Of a stretch of 64,000 nucleotides of DNA, positions 61,011 to 64,000 are shown in pieces. Numbering within the stretch: position 1 is the stretch's first letter; each line of letters starts with the position of its first letter. This DNA is from Takakia lepidozioides (lineage: Eukaryota > Plantae > Bryophyta): assembly GCA_030704615.1 (NCBI GenBank), contig CM060734.1, forward strand, positions 53,258,001 through 53,322,000, given 5' to 3'. Below the pieces are notes generated by a model. The model worked only from the letters and a program-made list of their open reading frames with translations. It was not told the origin of the DNA and did no database searches. A program made the translations under genes and the position numbers.

Positions 61011-61078
61011 GACACCACGTGCAAACAGTTATCGTTAGTGGCATAAGTAAGTCACTTCTATACATTCCCAGCCCCACG

Positions 61079-62082
61079 TCATTCTGCTGGCCTAGCAAAG
61101 TCGTAGCTGTGGATAAACCTCATCGTCATGTATACTTTCTTTGCAGGTACCATTGCTGCTACGGTCGCGTCCCTTCTGATTCTGTCAGTTGTTTCAAAAT
61201 CCTCTTGCAAAGCACGTTGCATCTCCTGTTGTAAAAGTTGTTCTTGGTCAGGTTCAACCACACCCATCGTTTCAGGTGTAGGACTAGACGGTCCTTCCTC
61301 CCTGTCCGAATCTTCATCATACATAATGTGAGCCTGCAATTTGCAGCACCGAAGCATGACTTAGCAGTGCAGATACATCAGTAAACGCGAAATGACAAGT
61401 CAATGTTGTCAGCTGGTATGCCTTGGGCCAGTTCAAATACTATTCAGGAATGAAGCCATTTTTTGCAAATTGAAATTGTGTTTGATTCATTCACTTCAGC
61501 AGTTCAACAATGCGCTTGGCTATTATCAATACTATCCTTGCAGATCCAAGGTTGTCTTTGAGGTTCATCGTCCAACGGTAATTGCAACGTTAGTCTAATC
61601 TAGGATTGAAACGCCCCCGTTAATCTACTTACTTGAAGTGTTTTGGTGCATGTGTGGAGGTTATGACACACGTCACGCGATCGTGAAAATAGGTGTAGCC
61701 GTGCTTAGGACTACAACGGCATAAAATGTAGTCACGGCCATGACTACCCACGGCCCCACAGCCAACGTCTGTGAGACACGTGTTTTGTTAGGCAGTCATG
61801 GCGCACCTGACTGGCGGTGATTTCAAAAAATGGGACCCTATCTTGAGCAGAGACATCAGGTCAGAAGTGCGTGTGGAGTAAGTATGGAGTGCGTACCGGA
61901 ACTGTAGGGTACCTCAGGTTCAGGTCCCTGTGATGCAAAATGAGGTGTTTCTTTACTGTCTTGCGTAGTTGCCACTTGTCACCATGGCACTCTGAGCAAC
62001 TACACAACATTTTCTTCAGGTTGTTTGTTGTGGCGTAGGCGTCCTCAAACCTCCACAGGTTGTGGTCTCGCAAACTCATTCT
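61079..62082 (-). mobile_element. CACTA transposase-associated domain fragment
   Basis: MLCSCSECHG...KTVKKHLILH matches the CxCxxC..V..HL transposase-associated motif; acidic second segment at 61079-61357. Confidence 0.5.
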
Positions 62083-63479
62083 CCGCCTATCCCCTGTCAC
62101 ACTCGACCCCCCCCCCCCCCCCCCCCCTCTGTACATCTTGATCGTCGTGCTGCGTTTAGGGAGGCGATGTGCTCATGCAATGGTCAAGCACGCGGCCACT
62201 GCACCCATTACCGACTATGAGAGGCTAAGATAAGCTAATATTGCTCGCATCAAGCTGGTTGAAGCGGAGCTGCTGAAAGACATAGCACAGTGAGTTCACT
62301 TTTGAACTATCAAAGTCACTCTTTCCGTAGAGGTTTGCAGCTTGCGAAGCTTGATTTCATGCAATGTAGGTAGCTTTGTGAGTTCCTAAGACACCATGAA
62401 GAGGATGAGATGAGTGCGAGTGCAGTGTAGGTTATGCTCGCATGGTGGAGTGGGCGGGAGATCGCCGCATGTCGCGGGTCGTGAAAGTGGCTACACTTTT
62501 AGGGTTGAGGGGTGCATTAGTTCGTCATCTCCTCCATCATGTTTTCTTTGTCATGTTACACTCAGGGAACTAGTGGTTGGTTTAGGGCTTACAACACCTT
62601 CCATGGGCGTCCAATGCAGGATTGTGGGAGAGAAGCCAAAGCGTGTAAGACGACGGCCACCAGCCCGCCCCTCTGGTCCCCCAAGACGCAGTGGAAGAAT
62701 AGAGTCCATGGCCCCTCCCACACGGAGATATGCAATTGATGATGACGATGGGGACGACCTCTATGTGCCTGCGATGGAGCACATCGGGGACTGACGAAGA
62801 CATGCCCGGCAGTGAACCTGCCCTAGCCACCATCTCGCACAAACATCCAGCAGCTGCGGAGTCTCCATCTATAAGTACCCAGCTCAGTGTAGGTCATGTG
62901 TAAGTATCCAACCAGATAGAAAAACTGCCCGTCTACAACTGCATTGCCCCAATGTTGCATTGCCCCAATTTTGAAAGTACTTGCCAAGTACTTTATGAAA
63001 AGGAAGAAAAAAAGAAAAAAAAAGTATGACGCCTCCCGAAGGGAGCGTAACCACATCCAACATGGTATGTGCCCATTACCACTGGGCTACATGCTGGTTG
63101 TCTAGAAAGGAAGAATACATACCCCATTACAGGGGGGCAAACACAGTGCATGAGAATATGGTGGTTGCATTTGCCAAAAAGAAGCAATTGAATTGACCTC
63201 TCTAGCATTCCAGGGGGAAGAGGCATTGGTAGCATGCCAAAAGAGGGTGAAAGCCAACCATTCCCTAAAACCATGCACCGGACGCACAACAATAGTGAGG
63301 CCTATTACATTTGGTCGATTTTCTCCCCAAGACCTGCATGACTTCTTGGTAAATGACACCTGATTTCTATTTTATCGTTGTATGATCCTCATTACCAATG
63401 TGCTTTCCCTGGTGGTTGTGTGAGGGTTGAGTTTTTGCCAATTGTCTAGGGTGAGTTTTGACCAGCATTGTGTTGTGTG

Positions 63480-64000
63480 TTGCACAGGCGAGGAAGAAGC
63501 GTGCAGCGGTTGGTGGACCCAGCGCTGCCACACAGGGCAGCCCATCGGGGCATGGTTTGCTGAAACATGTGAACCCAACTGTTGGCAAGACTCCACCCTC
63601 CAAATGGCCTCCCACCCGGCATCTTGCCAATTATCCTCCATTCACACATTACCCTCATGCTTTTCCCCATCCAACACACTATGACCCTCACTCTCAATAC
63701 CCCCGACCCCCATCTGGTTATGCAGAGTAGGCCTATGGCCATTCTCCACCCCCTCATCCGTCTTTCGAGCAGCTTCTTCATAGCTACCCTCAACCTGCAA
63801 TGCGACCACCATACCCACCCTATGCTCCTTATCCTGGGCCCTATGTCACATCTCCCCAGCTCCAGTCACAGCCCCCAGTGGATGAAGTCCCTAGTGATGT
63901 CCCCGAGCCCCCGATTGAAATGTCCAAGAAGGAAAGAGACAATGCACTGTGGCGTCAGAACCGGAGAGCAAAGGCAGCGGCAACAAAGGTGAAAGTGGAG
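63480..64000 (+). mobile_element. Start of a TnpA-like ORF related to the fragment at 618-1443 (runs off the window)
   Basis: MSKKERDNALWRQNRRAKA (~63920-63976) versus MTKKEQANALRRVNRRARA (900-956). Confidence 0.45.

Overview
Nuclear DNA of a land plant, most likely a seed-free lineage (hornwort/bryophyte-like; inferred only). About 1-26.6 kb is a nested transposon stack. An old gag-protease retroelement hosts a self-priming chromovirus (LTRs 3641-4262 and 19728-20366), which hosts a Mutator-like element (~6805-18355), which hosts a second chromovirus (8061-~14326). An L1 LINE with an inverted 5' half follows. About 29-57 kb is a gene island: MKP1-like MAPK phosphatase (-), OEP37 (+; its last intron holds four insertions of a (CT)n-associated LINE), OEP80/Toc75-V (+), TOM9/TOM22 (-) and a PLS-DYW PPR gene (-). 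The main novelty is upstream of the PPR gene. A tandem array of ~570-bp units (56.8-60.1 kb) splices into OSB-type PDF ssDNA-binding motifs (LW..YF.DP.QWWDNR.KK/IHPRGPDFKHK....LWI......WV..QL), and the last half-motif reads in frame into the PPR-DYW deaminase ORF. This points to a candidate ssDNA-binding/RNA-editing fusion protein. Degenerate MULE/CACTA fragments fill 60.1-64 kb. All family assignments are from motif recognition by eye; no database search was run.
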